In this document: piece after piece, positions 39,391-51,770 of the stretch
Numbering within the stretch: the stretch's first letter is position 1
Layout: every line of letters starts with the position of its first letter
Assembly (NCBI RefSeq): GCF_004010195.1
Contig: NC_057718.1
Coordinates: 52,470,254-52,534,253 of the forward strand
Direction of reading: 5' to 3'
Source of the DNA: Chiloscyllium plagiosum
Lineage: Eukaryota
Length of the DNA stretch: 64,000 nt
Notes under the pieces: generated by a model
Told to the model about the DNA's origin: nothing
Database searches by the model: none
Seen by the model: the letters and a program-made list of their open reading frames with translations, nothing else
Made by a program: the position numbers and the translations under genes

Positions 39391-40874
39391 TTCCTGCAAA
39401 GCATGAGGTGAAGTGTATAGGTTTATGCAACTAAATGTAATAAAAACAAGCGCTGGAATTTTACCAGTCTTATTGTGTCATTGAATTTAATCAAAACATT
39501 AACTTGCAAAATCTTTTTTACCCGTTTACTAACTTTAATTCATCGTCACATCAGAAAGTACATGCAGATAAATGGGCTCTAATATTGAGAATGATGTGGA
39601 TAGCTATTATGAAAGGATTTCTTAGGTTAATATTGAAAAATAATTTCTTAATTGTTAGTGACAATGCATTATGACCTCCAGATATACAAGCACTATAAAT
39701 AATCCTTTCTTTGCCAATTTTAAAAGGAACACAATCTTAAAAACCATACAGAAAAACCGGGCAAAATACTGTCAACTTATGCTTCTGACAGTTATGAACA
39801 TGGCCATTGTTGAAAACTACTCAATGATTTCGACACTAGGCTTCAGCCTGTTGTTATATCGTGAAAGGTGACAAGCCCTGGTGTAGGCAGGCCACTTAAG
39901 TTTGCAGCGCTGTAAAACTCAAGTAAATGCAAGTGTGAAAATAATGAAGTTACTCAAATAACAGAAATTCCTGTTTCTGTAATATGAGAGCTCAACTATA
40001 CAATGGAGCACCAAGGCACGATTGTAAATAAAACAGGGAAATGGAAATCCTTTAATACATAAAGTCCTGTGTTCTTAATTCTGCCACTTTTCTCTCTGAA
40101 CCTAATTGCTAATGTCAGCTACACTTTATTTATTTAATCCAAAAAAATCACTTCCAAGTCTTCTGCTTCCTCATTTTCAGATCTGCTGGACTCCAAACAT
40201 TTATTTTCAGGAATGACTTTGAAGTGCAGCTTCCAAGGCAATTTAAAGCTCCGAATCTCAAGATTTGCACAGTGCCAGTCATTCTGATAAACAACAAAAA
40301 GAAATAGGTTCTGTAAGCTCAGCATAGCACTCTCTGGAGTCCAGTAATGCCTTGATGAGTAAAATTAACCATGCTAAGCATTAAGAAACTTAGTCAAAAT
40401 CTGGTCAAACATTTTAAACTACAGCAGTAAGTTAGTATTTGGTATAAAAATAATGATGAGCTGTGTGCCCCAGATCGTTCAGACATAACTGAGAAATTAA
40501 ATGAACAAGCATAACTTACATTCCTTGCTGTTGCAAAGGAACCAAAATATATATCATATATTGAGACAAATTTGATAACTGGGACATGAAACTTTAAGAT
40601 GGTGACACCCAACAAATAAATTAGTATCCCTATTACAGAGGCCACTTCTGCCAAATCTATAAATGAGGCAAGATGGGCAGAAAAGATGCATTTATTAACT
40701 CAATGGGGAACAGTAAATATTGAAGGAAACTGTTTATTTCCTTTCATGACCTTTAATCATAAAAGCTCATGTCCACAATTACACTGAAAATTGTATCTAA
40801 TTTTGTGCCAGTTAATGTTTCATCAAAGCAAATACAAGAAAACCTTTAAAAAATGAACAAAATCAAACTTAGAC

Positions 40875-41046
40875 TTAAAAATCACACACCAGGTTATAGT
40901 CCAACAGGTTTAATTGGAAGCACACTAACTTTCGGAGCGATGCTCCGAAAGCTAGTGTGCTTCCAATTAAACCTGTTGGACTATAACCTGGTGTTGTGTG
41001 ATTTTTAACTTTGTACACCCCAGCTCAACACCAGCATCTCCAAATC
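40875..41046. mobile_element. Penelope pLTR fold-back palindrome (family A)
   Basis: Arms 40875-40938 and 40942-41008 around a 3 nt loop, then a one-sided tail TTGTACACCCC...CTCCAAATC. Confidence 0.88.
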
Positions 41047-41519
41047 AAATTTAGAGTTGGTATTCATTTATGATTGCATAAAAAGTAAACTGTTCCACCC
41101 TGAACTCATGATCAAGCTAAGGCAAGAACCCAAGGGATTTCTTGATCAGGAAGTTGAAAATAGGGCAGAACCTGTTCCTACTGGGAATTCTGCCCTATTC
41201 TTAAAATATTTTCAAATCAACCTGCTCAGACATGTTGTGCACTACCACAGCAGGTGGGACTTGAACCCAGGTCTCCTGGCTAGCAGGTAGGGACATTACT
41301 ATTTCATTATAAGGTTTTTGCAATTGTTTGCCCACAACAGCAAATAAATATGTCTGCCAGGCTGCATCAGGAATTCTGCCTAGTCAATCCATTAAAAGGT
41401 TTAAGTCGAACACAAGCCAGTATGTGATCTGGACAGGATTATTCAGCAGACAAAGAAAGCCGATCCTCGAGACAATTAGCTTGAATTGAAAATCACCTCA
41501 ATCCATTAAGACTGAAGAA

Positions 41520-41655
41520 ATAAAAAAAAGCAAAATACTGTGGATGCTTGAAATTTAAAATAAAAACAGAAAGTGCGACAAATACTCAAGAGATCTAGCA
41601 GCATCTGCTCAAATCAAAACAGAGTTCATGTTTCAAGTCTGTGAGTTTCATTAAA
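41520..41655 (-). mobile_element. Old Penelope pLTR relic
   Basis: AAAGCAAAATACTGTGGATGCTTGAAAT...GCAGCATCTG...GTTTCAAGTCTGTGA; degenerate hammerhead-like end. Confidence 0.55.
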
Positions 41656-42003
41656 GCATAAAATATACAATGTCCTCTGGGTCATTCACACCTGTCTTAC
41701 ATTCCATAATGCGTTGAATCATTCTGATTTTATGAGTCTCCATCAAGGTGGAATCAGTTGTTGTGTGACTGCACACCAAGGCAAACCAACAAGATGTCTC
41801 TCACAAATATTGACTTGAAATCTGCATTATAGCATCTGGAAGGTGAGGATGAATGCTACCTTCAATCTTGTACAACAGAGTGAAATTATTAGCATTTCAC
41901 ATCCTTTAGAGATTTTGTAGTCTTTAAAAAACATTTATAATTTACCATATGACTTTAACAACGACCTTGAATTTGTGTTGCTTCCCACTCACCCTGATTA
42001 TTT

Positions 42004-42318
42004 GGGGTGGCACAGTGGCTCAGTGGTTCACACTGCTGCCTCATAGCACCAGGGTCCCAAGTTTGATTCCAGCTTCGGGTGACGGTCTGTGTGGAGTTAG
42101 CACATTTTCCCTGTGTCTGCGTGGGTTTCCTCTGGGTGGTCTGGTTTCATCCCACAGTCCAAAGATGTACAGGTCAGGTGAATTGGCCATGCTAAATTGC
42201 CCCATAGTGTTAGGTGTATTAGTCAGAGGGAAATGGGTCTGGGTGGGCTACTCTTCAGAGGGTCAGTGTGGACTTGTTGGGCCGAAGGGCCTTTTTCCAC
42301 ACTGTAGGTAATCTAATC
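42004..42318 (+). mobile_element. HE1/V-SINE-type SINE
   Basis: Full head-to-tail copy. Confidence 0.95.
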
Positions 42319-42961
42319 AATATTGGCTTGCTTCAGCAAGATAAGTTGATAATATATACCCTTTTATTGTGCTGTGACAAGGTATCTTAACTGACTGTGA
42401 AAATTATCTCACTCTTGTTTGTATCAACGTAAAATGCTCCATTTTGCATATAAACTATCCTTTCTCCATTCAGTACTACACTGTGTGTTTTGAACCATGA
42501 GGCCACTAGAAAGAAGGCTACCCAAATTTATTTTATATTATAAATGATTTTCAAATGAGTTTATGTGCTATTCCAATGTACCTGGACACATCACACAAAC
42601 ACCATAAATTGCTTACATTGATGCATTATGTGGCATGTGCAACAACTGGATCAAATCAGAGTGGTACACTATTCTGAATGCACACGCTAAAGACATCAGA
42701 TGATGTCCATAATGATAGGAAAAATAATGGCCTTGGCATTAAGGAGTGTTGCACTAGTGGTGCACCTAGGGTGTCGGAAAGCTTAAGCAGCAAGATGGGC
42801 AAGGCTTCATTATGAATGAAGACATTCCATCATAGCGTCACAGAACTTTGCACAAATGCACGAAAATCATGAAAAAGTAGTTATCATAGCTTTCTCCATT
42901 AAAAATCAGGTTGATTATGATTTTATGCATTTACACCTGTTTTCTCTCTTCTGTTTCACAG

Positions 42962-43014
42962 ACTAAAAGACAACGGGTGATATCTTCGAAGAACCTGAGT
43001 GACGTAGGGTACTG
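42962..43014 (+). CDS. Candidate 53 bp exon (phase 0-2), TKRQRVISSKNLSDVGY
   Basis: Strong acceptor ttttctctcttctgtttcacag, donor CTG|gtaaga; single open frame; three CpGs retained in CpG-poor surroundings. Confidence 0.55.
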
Positions 43015-43154
43015 GTAAGATTTGTCACAGACTCATGCAGACCAGTGAGGCTGATCTCAATGCTGGGAGCATCTTACACTTTGGACATATAGCATATGGT
43101 GCTTCTCACTAGGCAGTGGTGAGTTGTCAATTATGGAGGATTCTTGCTTGTTAG

Positions 43155-43350
43155 TCATAGAATCACACAGTATTCAAGAGGCCTTTTGGCCCATCGAGTA
43201 TACACCAACAAAAACTAGTCTATATCGACACTAATTCCTTTTTCCAGCACTTTTGGTCCATAGACTTGAATGTTATGACACTTCAAATGCTCATCTGAAG
43301 ATTTCCAGCCTCAACTATCATCTCAAGCAATGCTTTCAGATTCCCATTAC
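43155..43350 (-). mobile_element. CR1 3' end fragment
   Basis: GTCATAGAATC...GAGGCCTTTTGGCCCATCGAG tail motif. Confidence 0.7.
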
Positions 43351-44424
43351 CTTGCCTTGTTAATGACTCAACTTGCTTCATTTATATTCAGCTTCATATC
43401 TTACCAAATGCATCAAACAAGCTAAAAGTCAAAAAAAAAAATTGTGACATGGAAGCCAGAGTAGGTGTCTGGCAACTTCAGTTCACCACTTGCTTTAAAT
43501 GACCTCCATGTTGGATATTGGGCACCAACATCTCAGCGCACATTCCATGAGCATCAGACATGTGCACCCCGAGTCCACAAACATTAGCATCCAATACAAG
43601 CCAGCCTCTAAGAGCCCTCATGTCACATCTTCAATTCACATACAGGATGGTTTTAGGTTATATCGGCAATTATCATTGTAATGCTCAACAAAGACACTTT
43701 ACACTCAGAGGCACCCAGCTCTGGACTGGACCAGGCTGCCTCTCTGAGCTCTTCACTCATTGCCACAATGTGACTCACTCTGAGCCTACCTGGATGCTCA
43801 CAGCACCCCAGTCTTACATTACCTTGTAATTGTGAACTTTGCCCCCTTAGACAGCACTATTGGGCTCATTTTACTTCTGTTTTGTCTTAGTATTTAGCAC
43901 AGACAAAGGGCAGGAAGCTTGTCATGGTTGTCAGCAGTCCTCAGTCAACTCAAGGAGGCTAGTCTTCATTCAGGGGTCCTGGCACACTATGTTAAGGGAA
44001 GCCTCTGAAACCAGTCCAAGGGCTTGGACACTGTCAAATCAGCCACATTGGGCAGTCATAGTCAGGATACTGTCCAGATAGGAAATGAGGAGCCTAATGC
44101 CAGGCAGTACACCATTCACCTCAAGTCTGTTGGGTTGCTTTTCCCTAGATTGAGAGACAGGCAGGTATCATAATGACAATTGATGGCATTGTTAATACTT
44201 TATGTAGAAAAAGAGGCGAGCTGATTGAGGGAGTTGGCAGTGTGGAGATTATGCAAAGTTAATGACGTCAGTGAAGAGGTAGGTGACAGTGAGTGAAGGA
44301 AGATATTGTAGGCAATAATGAGCCATGGTGGAAGGTGGAGCATGAGTCATGCTCCTTCCAGCTGGAATTCCAAGTCCTTGCTTATAAAGCAGAGAGCCAA
44401 TTTCTCTTCTCTGTCCATCTAGAG

Positions 44425-45205
44425 CAGCATGTTGGCTCAGTGGTTATTATTGCTGCCTCACAGCACCAGAGACTCTGGTGATTCCACCCTCGGACGACTG
44501 TCTGTGTGGAATTTGCACATTCTCCCCGTGACTGTGTGGGCTTCCTCCAGGTGCTCTGATTTCCTCCCATAGTCAAAAGATATTTTACAAGGATGTTGCC
44601 AAAATTGGAGGATTTGAGAGGCTAAACAGGCTGGGGCTGTTTTCCCTGGAGCGGTGGAGGTTGAGGGGTGACCTTATAGAGGTTTACAAAATTATGAGGG
44701 GCATGGATAGGATAAATAGACAAAGTCTTTCCGTGGGGTCGGGGAGTCCAGAACTAGGGCATAGGTTTAGGTTGAGAGGGGAAAGATAAAAAAGAGACCT
44801 AAGGGGCAATTTTTTCATACAGAGTATGGAATGAGTTGCCAGAGGAAGTGGTGGAGGCTGGTACAATTGCAACATTTAAAAGGCATATGAATAGAAAGGG
44901 TTTGGAGGGATATGGGCCGGGTGCTGGCAGGTGGAACTAGATTGGGTTGGGATAGCTAGTTAGCATGGATGGATTGGACCGAAGGGTCTGTTTCCATGCT
45001 GTACATCTCTATGACTCTATGACTCTACGCGCAGGTTAGGTGGACTGGCCTTGCATTTAGTGTCCAGGGATGTGTAGGCTAGGTGGATTAGCCATGCAGA
45101 ATACAAGGTTACAAGGTGGGTCTGGTGGTGGAATGCTCTTTGGACAGTTGGTGCCAATTTGATAGGCCGAATGTCTTGCTTCCACTTGCAGGGATACTGT
45201 GGATC
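44425..45205 (+). mobile_element. V-SINE split by a CR1 insertion
   Basis: SINE 5' half ends ..AGTCAAAAGA at 44580; 3' half resumes GCAGGTTAGGTGG at ~45030. Confidence 0.88.
44581..45027 (+). mobile_element. 5'-truncated CR1
   Basis: ORF2 C-terminus and (CTCTATGA)n tail. Confidence 0.95.
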
Positions 45206-45994
45206 TGAGGTAATTGTCAGCAACCATACAGGGCAGCTCTGGGCTGACAGTATTTGATTGAATGCACAAAGGGGCTTTTAAAAATAACCCCAGATACAAG
45301 TGACGCCAGTTAATTCCAGGATATCCTGGCAGTGATGAGGTGCTCCTCGCATGGTGCCAGGTAAAATACGGCTGGAATAAGACATTGGGGATGCTATTAA
45401 TCAGGGTTTCGATTAATAAGGCAAGTTTGGTAAGATACAGCAAGCAAACTCACTGATTACCTGGCAAAAATCTCTCTGATAACATTGGTACAACTCATAA
45501 ATAGTCAAAAAGAGAAGATTCAGTCTAATGGTGCTGTGGATTGGCAGTGGAGTGAATGCCTGCTGTGATTTCATTCGAATGATCAATGTGTGAGATTACT
45601 TGTTGAAAAATTGACTCTTAAACCATTACAATATCATGAATAAAAATATCATTACTTGCTTTTTGGGGAATATTATGGTTGAAACAATAGCACAAACACT
45701 TGGTCAAATAAATTAGGATTATAAACAATATTGATCATTAAGATCAAAAAAACAAAAGGTTGCCTTCAGCATTCCTCTTGTATTTAGCCTGCATCTAAAT
45801 AAAATAGCAGTTTAATCGACTTCCTCTGCTAAACAAATTTGTTTAATCATGCTCAGTGTTAGAAAATATTTCAAAAATGTCTTTGCCAATCAAAGTTGAC
45901 TTCACAAACCATCAGCACTTTCTCTCCCTTGTCTAAGTTGCTGTAATTGTTTGGAAAATAGCATTCATACATTTTATGCAATAAGCTATTATTT

Positions 45995-46885
45995 AATATA
46001 CCACAGGAACAGGCCCGTCGGCCCACCAAGCTGGTGTCGATTCAAATCCTTATTTAGACCTGCTACTTGTTGCTCATTTGTGGTTTCTATTGCACTTTTC
46101 ATCCTGTGTTCATGTGCCTATCAAGATATGCCTTATAAACTGTCAACATGTCTGCTTCCACCAGCTCCACTGGCAGTGCGTTCTAGGCACCCACCACCCT
46201 CTGTGTGAAATATTTTCCCTGCACCTCTCCCCTAAACTTACCCCTCTCTCACCTTAAACCTGTGCCATCTTATAGTTGACCTTTCCACCTGGGAAAAAGC
46301 CCCTGACTATCCACCCTATCTATACCTCCTAATTTTATAGAACTATCAGGTTGTCCCTCAGTCTCCGTCTTTCCAGTAAAAACAATTCAAGTTTTTCCAA
46401 GCTCTCCTCATAACTAAAACCCTCCAGACCTGACAACATCCTGGTAAATCTTCTCTGCACCCTCTATGTGTCCAGGTCCTTTTGGTAGTAAGGCCACCAG
46501 AACTGCAAACAATATTTCAAATGTGTTAACAGAAGTTTTATACAACCATAACATATGTTGCCAACTTTTATATTTGATGGTCTGGTCGATGAAGGCAAGC
46601 ATGCGGTATGCCTTCTTGACCACCTTATCCACCTATGCTGCCACTTTCAGGGATGTGTGGACTTGTATGCCCAGATCCCTCTGTTTGTCAATGCTCCTAA
46701 GGGTTCTGCCATTTATTGTATAATTCGCACCTCATTTTGATCTTCCAAAATGCATCACCTCACATTTCTCTGAATTAAACTTCATCTGCAATTTCTCTTC
46801 CCAAATCTGCAATCTATTTATATCCCACTGTATCCTTTGACAATCTTCCTCACTATCTGCAATTCCTCCAGTTTTGCTGTCATTG
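45995..46885 (-). mobile_element. CR1 LINE 3' fragment (different subfamily)
   Basis: ORF 46414-46632 DKVVKKAYRMLAFI..MLWLYKT. Confidence 0.9.
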
Positions 46886-47552
46886 TGCTGGTGAGTGCAG
46901 GACCTTTAGCAGTGCGTCTCACTTTTCAGCAACATTCAAAATTTCTGGAATTAATTTCTGGCCAACTTTACTCAGACTAATTTTTTTTTGTCCCTCAATC
47001 ATTAACTGCGAACATAAAGAAGCTCTGGCAGAACTTCGTCGTTACTTCAAGCATCTAATCCCAACACCCATAAAAATACTTCCCATATCATTAAAGAAGA
47101 TCAAATCACTTCATGCTCACTTAAAACACAGGATAATAAAGAGTAAGTTATCACCAGCAAGATCAGTGGCCCAAATGGTTAAACTTATCTCGTTGTTGCA
47201 GGAAACTCCAGGTCAACTGTTCTGTTGCAATTAGCACAATCCAAAATATCTTACAATGAAAATATTCAGGTTGGCTGAGCCCACAGTTTGAGGAGCTTTA
47301 TATACAATTAAGCATTCAAGAGTTGTTAGTGATGACTAAGACGATAAACAGCTAAATAAAGCCCAACTTTGCTGTCAAAATAATGGCAAAATGAATAACA
47401 ATGATAATTATTTATGTTCAAGTTCCACAGCTGCTTCTGGAAAGAGCAAATGTTTTACTAAATATGGAAACCAGTCTGTTATTGCTTGAGATGTGATAAT
47501 CTATCATTAGTTTTGTAGGAAAAGGCATGTTGCTGTCTACCTCCCCTTCCAG

Positions 47553-47670
47553 GAGAAAGTGAGGACTGCAGTGATCAGGAATTCAAGATGAAGGGCTTAT
47601 GCCCAAACTCTCCTGCTCTTTAGATGCTGCCTGATTTGCTGTGCTTTTCCTGCGCCACACTTTTTAATTA
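47553..47670. mobile_element. Penelope pLTR mini-insertion (family B) with 9 bp TSD
   Basis: CCCTTCCAG at 47544-47552 and 47671-47679; inverted tail GAGAAAGTGAGGACTGCAG followed by sense GATGAAGGGCTTATGCCC. Confidence 0.8.
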
Positions 47671-47897
47671 CCCTTCCAGTATATTAAATAGTGTGCAAGT
47701 TTCTGTATTTGCACGTAAATACGAACTAAACTTTCCGCAGAAAGTGAAATCAGTTTATTCCAAGTCAAAGGAATCTTTTCATGATATTTGTAGCAAATAA
47801 TGCTTGGCAGCTTCTCTGATATTGAAAATTAAGATACAAATGCAAAGAATCAATCCTTGACCTTTTATTTCTTCGAAGTTACTTTTTCCCATTCCTG

Positions 47898-48230
47898 CTG
47901 CTCAGTGATTAGCACCGCTGCCTTACAGCATCAGGGACCTGGGTTCGATTCCAGCCTCGGGCGACTGTCTGTGGACAGTTTGTACATTCTTCCCATGACT
48001 GCATGTGTTTCCTCTGGGTGCTCCGGTTTCCTCCCAGAGTTCAATAATATGCAGTTTAGATGAATTGGCCATGCTAAATTGCTCACAGTGTTCACAGTGT
48101 AGGTTAAGTGCATTAGTCAGGGGTAAATATAGGGTAGGGGGAATGGGTCTGGGTGAGTTATTCTTCAGAAGGTCATTGTGGACTTGTTGGGCCAAATGGC
48201 TTGTTTCCACACTGTAGGGATTCTATGAGC
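47898..48230 (+). mobile_element. HE1/V-SINE-type SINE
   Basis: B-box GGTTCGATTCC, V-domain and tail. Confidence 0.93.
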
Positions 48231-48332
48231 TATGAAAATTGTCGATTTACTTTACTTTCACTTTCTTTTTTGTGTTTGTCATACCTGATTGGATATTGAA
48301 TCACAAATCCAACTTCCTACCCTGGCCAAACA

Positions 48333-48508
48333 TGAGTTTAGCTCAGTTGACTAGATGGCTGATTTGCTCAGCGTAATGCCAACAGCATGGGTTCACCAGC
48401 TGAAGTTACTCTCTTTCTCAAACTCTCTCCTTGCCGGAGGTGTGGCGTCCCTCAGGTTAATACCATCACCAGTTGTCTCTCTAATGAAAGTTGTTTCTCC
48501 CTGTAGTC
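48333..48508 (+). mobile_element. tRNA-head SINE (same family as 19245-19475)
   Basis: TTAGCTCAGTTGACTAGATGG head; CCTCAGGTTAA body. Confidence 0.6.
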
Positions 48509-48509
48509 C

Positions 48510-48606
48510 AGTCGAGAGTGTGGTGCTGGAAAAGCACAGCAGGTCAGGCAGCATCCGAGGAGCAGAAGAAGAATCAACATTTCAGATATAAGCCCTTCAT
48601 CAGGAA
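48510..48606 (-). mobile_element. Penelope pLTR fragment (family B) with hammerhead core
   Basis: Minus strand CUGAUGA-AGGGC-UUAU-AUCU-GAAA-UGUUGAUUC at 48571-48603. Confidence 0.8.
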
Positions 48607-48749
48607 ATCAGGACAGAGATTTTAACAAGTAAAGCTAAAAGAAAGGAAAGGAATGTGAGTGGGTTCACAATCTGAAGGTGTTGAATTCAATGTTAGGTCC
48701 AGAAGGTTATAAAATGCCTATCCTGAACATCCGTGAGACGGTGGTAGTG

Positions 48750-49050
48750 GGCAAGCACAGTGGCACAGTGGTTAGCACTGCTGCCTCGCAGCGCCAGAGA
48801 CCTGGGTTCAATTCCCACCTAAGGCGACTGACTGTGTAGCGTTTGCACATTCTCCCCGTGCCTGCGTGGGTTTCCTCTGCATGTTCCGGTTTCTTCCCAC
48901 AGTCCAAAAATGTGCAGGTTAGGTAAATTGGCCATGCTAAATTGCCCGTAGTGTTAGGCGAAGGAGTAAATATAGGGGAATGGGTGCGGGTCGGTGAGGA
49001 CTTGTCGGGCCGAAGGGCCTGTTTCCACACTGTAAATAATCTAATCTAAT
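48750..49050 (+). mobile_element. HE1/V-SINE-type SINE
   Basis: Same subfamily as 30000-30315; short internal deletion. Confidence 0.94.
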
Positions 49051-49432
49051 GAGATTTTGCTTGACCAGTTACTACTGTGATTCACTGCAGCATTTGCTCC
49101 TATACTGCAATCTTTTAATGGGCAAGGGCAAGGGCGATGATATCATCAATGGTAGGTGCTGTTCATTACCCTGTCCAGGAATCATGTGATATAATTAACT
49201 TGGGTTCAAAGCACACCATTGAACGTGCCACAGAGAGTAAAATGTTGAGAACCTAAGTTTTAAAATAAAGTTGGCTCACCAGCTAAAAACATACCATATA
49301 TGAAATGTGATTGCATCGTGTAAGTCCAACATGTGAAGGTCAGAATATAGTTTCTCCTCAACTCCATAAATGTTTGAGTGAAATATATATATTTTTAAAA
49401 ATATTTGATAACTTGCATTGCTGTCATGATCA

Positions 49433-49524
49433 CTACTACCTGATGAAGGAGCGACACTCCAAAAGCTAGTGTGCTTCCAATTAAACCTGTTGGACTATAA
49501 CCTGGTGTTATGTGAGTTTTAACT
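49433..49524 (+). mobile_element. Penelope pLTR mini-insertion (family A) with 7 bp TSD and hammerhead core
   Basis: ATGATCA at 49426-49432 and 49525-49531; CTGATGAAGGAGCGACACTCCAAAAGCTAG from 49440. Confidence 0.82.
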
Positions 49525-49629
49525 ATGATCATCTAGTTCATCTTAATATTCCATAAGTGACTTTCAGTTTAGGTAAGACAATGAATACTGGACTTTAAAT
49601 ATACTTCAAGCAACGTCAATTTAAAGGGT

Positions 49630-51070
49630 GGCATGTGTTGTTTAATATAGCCAGAACAGAAGACAGAGAAGGCTATAAAACAGCAGGTGGGCTCATTTAG
49701 CTCTCAAACTAGAGAGGAGTGTATTTGTTATACCCTGTCTTTGTCAGAGAGTTGAATTATTCATGTGGAACTCAGGGCCAAAAGACTGCATATTAAACTA
49801 AAAGTTAATTGACCTCAAAAAAATCTATCTGACTTCGAACTGACCTTGTTGCCATAAATGAGTAACTTTGACTGGACATTTTCAGTGGGATTTTTCCAGT
49901 AGCTCTTTAGGAGTAGACCTCAAGTTGGTAGATATAAGAACTGAGTTCAGCAGGAGAGGCAAAGATAGCCAGCTAAGAGTTGTAAAATAGCTGCATACAA
50001 GGAACAAGAAAGTTATCAGAATTCAGGCTTTTCAGGGGTTGAAGCACAAAGGAAGAGTGCAGTGAAACCCAAGTGTAATGACAATGTCCACCATAACAAG
50101 ACACTTACAGAATGGTGTCGGGTCACTTAGGGACCCCGAAACAGCTCATATCTCAGGGAATAGCAGGAAGGCTCATGAGGGTTGACGTGCATTTCAGTAG
50201 CAATGGCATTTTGGTTTGGTACCAGGAATAAAGGAATCACCTGCAAGAGGTTAGATATGTAGCTCCTGGGGAGGCATCGTGGAAAGGTGAGAGGTTTAGT
50301 TCCGGGTTTGAACTTAGGGTGCTTGTCATTATATTTTCTTGTGACATTGCACCTAGGGCTATGCTAAATTAGTGGGTTTTTTGCCTTGTTTAATTTTGTT
50401 TTGTAAACCACAAGGTATGTTTCTATTTTAAGACATAAAGTTTTGTGGTATACTTTCTTCCTGTTAATCACTGACTGTTTAAATTTCTCTTTAAATTAGC
50501 GAGTTTTGAGAAGATTTGTAGCTCAGGTTGAGGTTCTGGATGTAGGTTTGCTCGCTAAGCTGGAAGGTTCATTTCCAGACATTTTGTCACCCTACTAGGT
50601 AATGTCTTCAGTGGGCCTCCTGGCAAAGCACTGTTGATAATTCGTGCTTTCTGTTTATATGTTTGGGTTTCTTTGGGTCAGAAATGTCATTTCCTATGGT
50701 GATGTCATTTCCTGTTCTTTTTCTCAGGGGTTGTAGATGGGGGACTAACTCGATGTATTTGTTGATAAAGTTCCAGTTGGAATGCCATGTTTCTAGGAAT
50801 TATCAGCAGTGCTTCGCCCGGAGGCCCACCACTACATCATTTCTATGGTGATGTAATTTCCTGTTCTTTTTCTCAGGGGGTGGTAGATGGGGGACTAACT
50901 CGATGTATTTGTTGATAAAGTTCCAGTTGGAATGCCATGCTTCTAGGAATTATCAGCAGTGCTTCGCCCGGAGGCCCACCACTGAAGGTGTTACCTAGTA
51001 GGGCGATGAAATGTCTGGAAATGAACTTTCGCTTTAAAAGTTACAGCAATCTCCATGGGGACCACAACAC
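49630..51070 (+). mobile_element. Possible old solo LTR interrupted by the Penelope at 50507-51030
   Basis: LTR-like composition; ends ...GGGGACCACAACA. Confidence 0.3.
50507..51030 (-). mobile_element. Penelope-like 3' end (family C) with inverted pLTR and 150 bp tandem duplication
   Basis: Minus strand encodes FLETWHSNWNFINKYI (cf. REFLEAWHS..INKHI); 50566-50643 is inverted at 50947-51030; hammerhead-like CTGAAG..GTTACC/GGTGAC..GAAA.GTC. Confidence 0.88.
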
Positions 51071-51770
51071 ACTGTCCATTCACTGATGCAAGAAAACATA
51101 TGAAACAAAGATGGTAGAGGAAACAAGTAGAGGAAAAATGCACCATCTCTGGTAGATTTGACAGAATGCTGTTTGCCAAGTTATGAGAGGATACACGGAA
51201 AGTTTATCCAAACCAAAACAGCACCTTGATCACAAGATAACTGAATGCAGCCATCAGTAAACTACCTGCCCTTTTGGCCTGCTCTAACATTCAATAAGAT
51301 CAAGGTTAATTTTCTCAGTCTACGCCAACTTCACACATGATGTCCATATGCCTTGATACCTTTAGAACCTGGAAACTCAATGACTAAATATCCACAGCTC
51401 TGTGGAGTATAGAATTAGAAACACTCACACCTTTGAGTGAAAAGAAATTTCTCTTATCTCAGTCTTAAGTGGCCAGTCTCTAATTCAAGGATTGTGACTC
51501 TTAGTTCTGAACTCTACAGACAAAGGAAACATCCTCCTCACATTTACATTGGTTAATTCCACGAAGAATTGATCTTGTTTCTGAAAGGATTTCCTTTCAT
51601 TTGTCTAAATTCTCGGAAATAAGCTTAGTCCACTGAAACTTTCACCATTGCATAGCCCTATCAACCTACGAAGCAGTCTAGTGAAGCTTTGCTGGAGTCC
51701 GACTGACGAACATATCCTTTTTTAAGGGTCATCATGGACTTGTTGGGCCAAATGGCCTATTTCCACACTG

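Noticed and set aside
42962..43014. Tektin-like identity for KNLSDVGY(W)
   Set aside because: The resemblance is only a few residues and is not supported by the other candidate exons, so no gene symbol is assigned.
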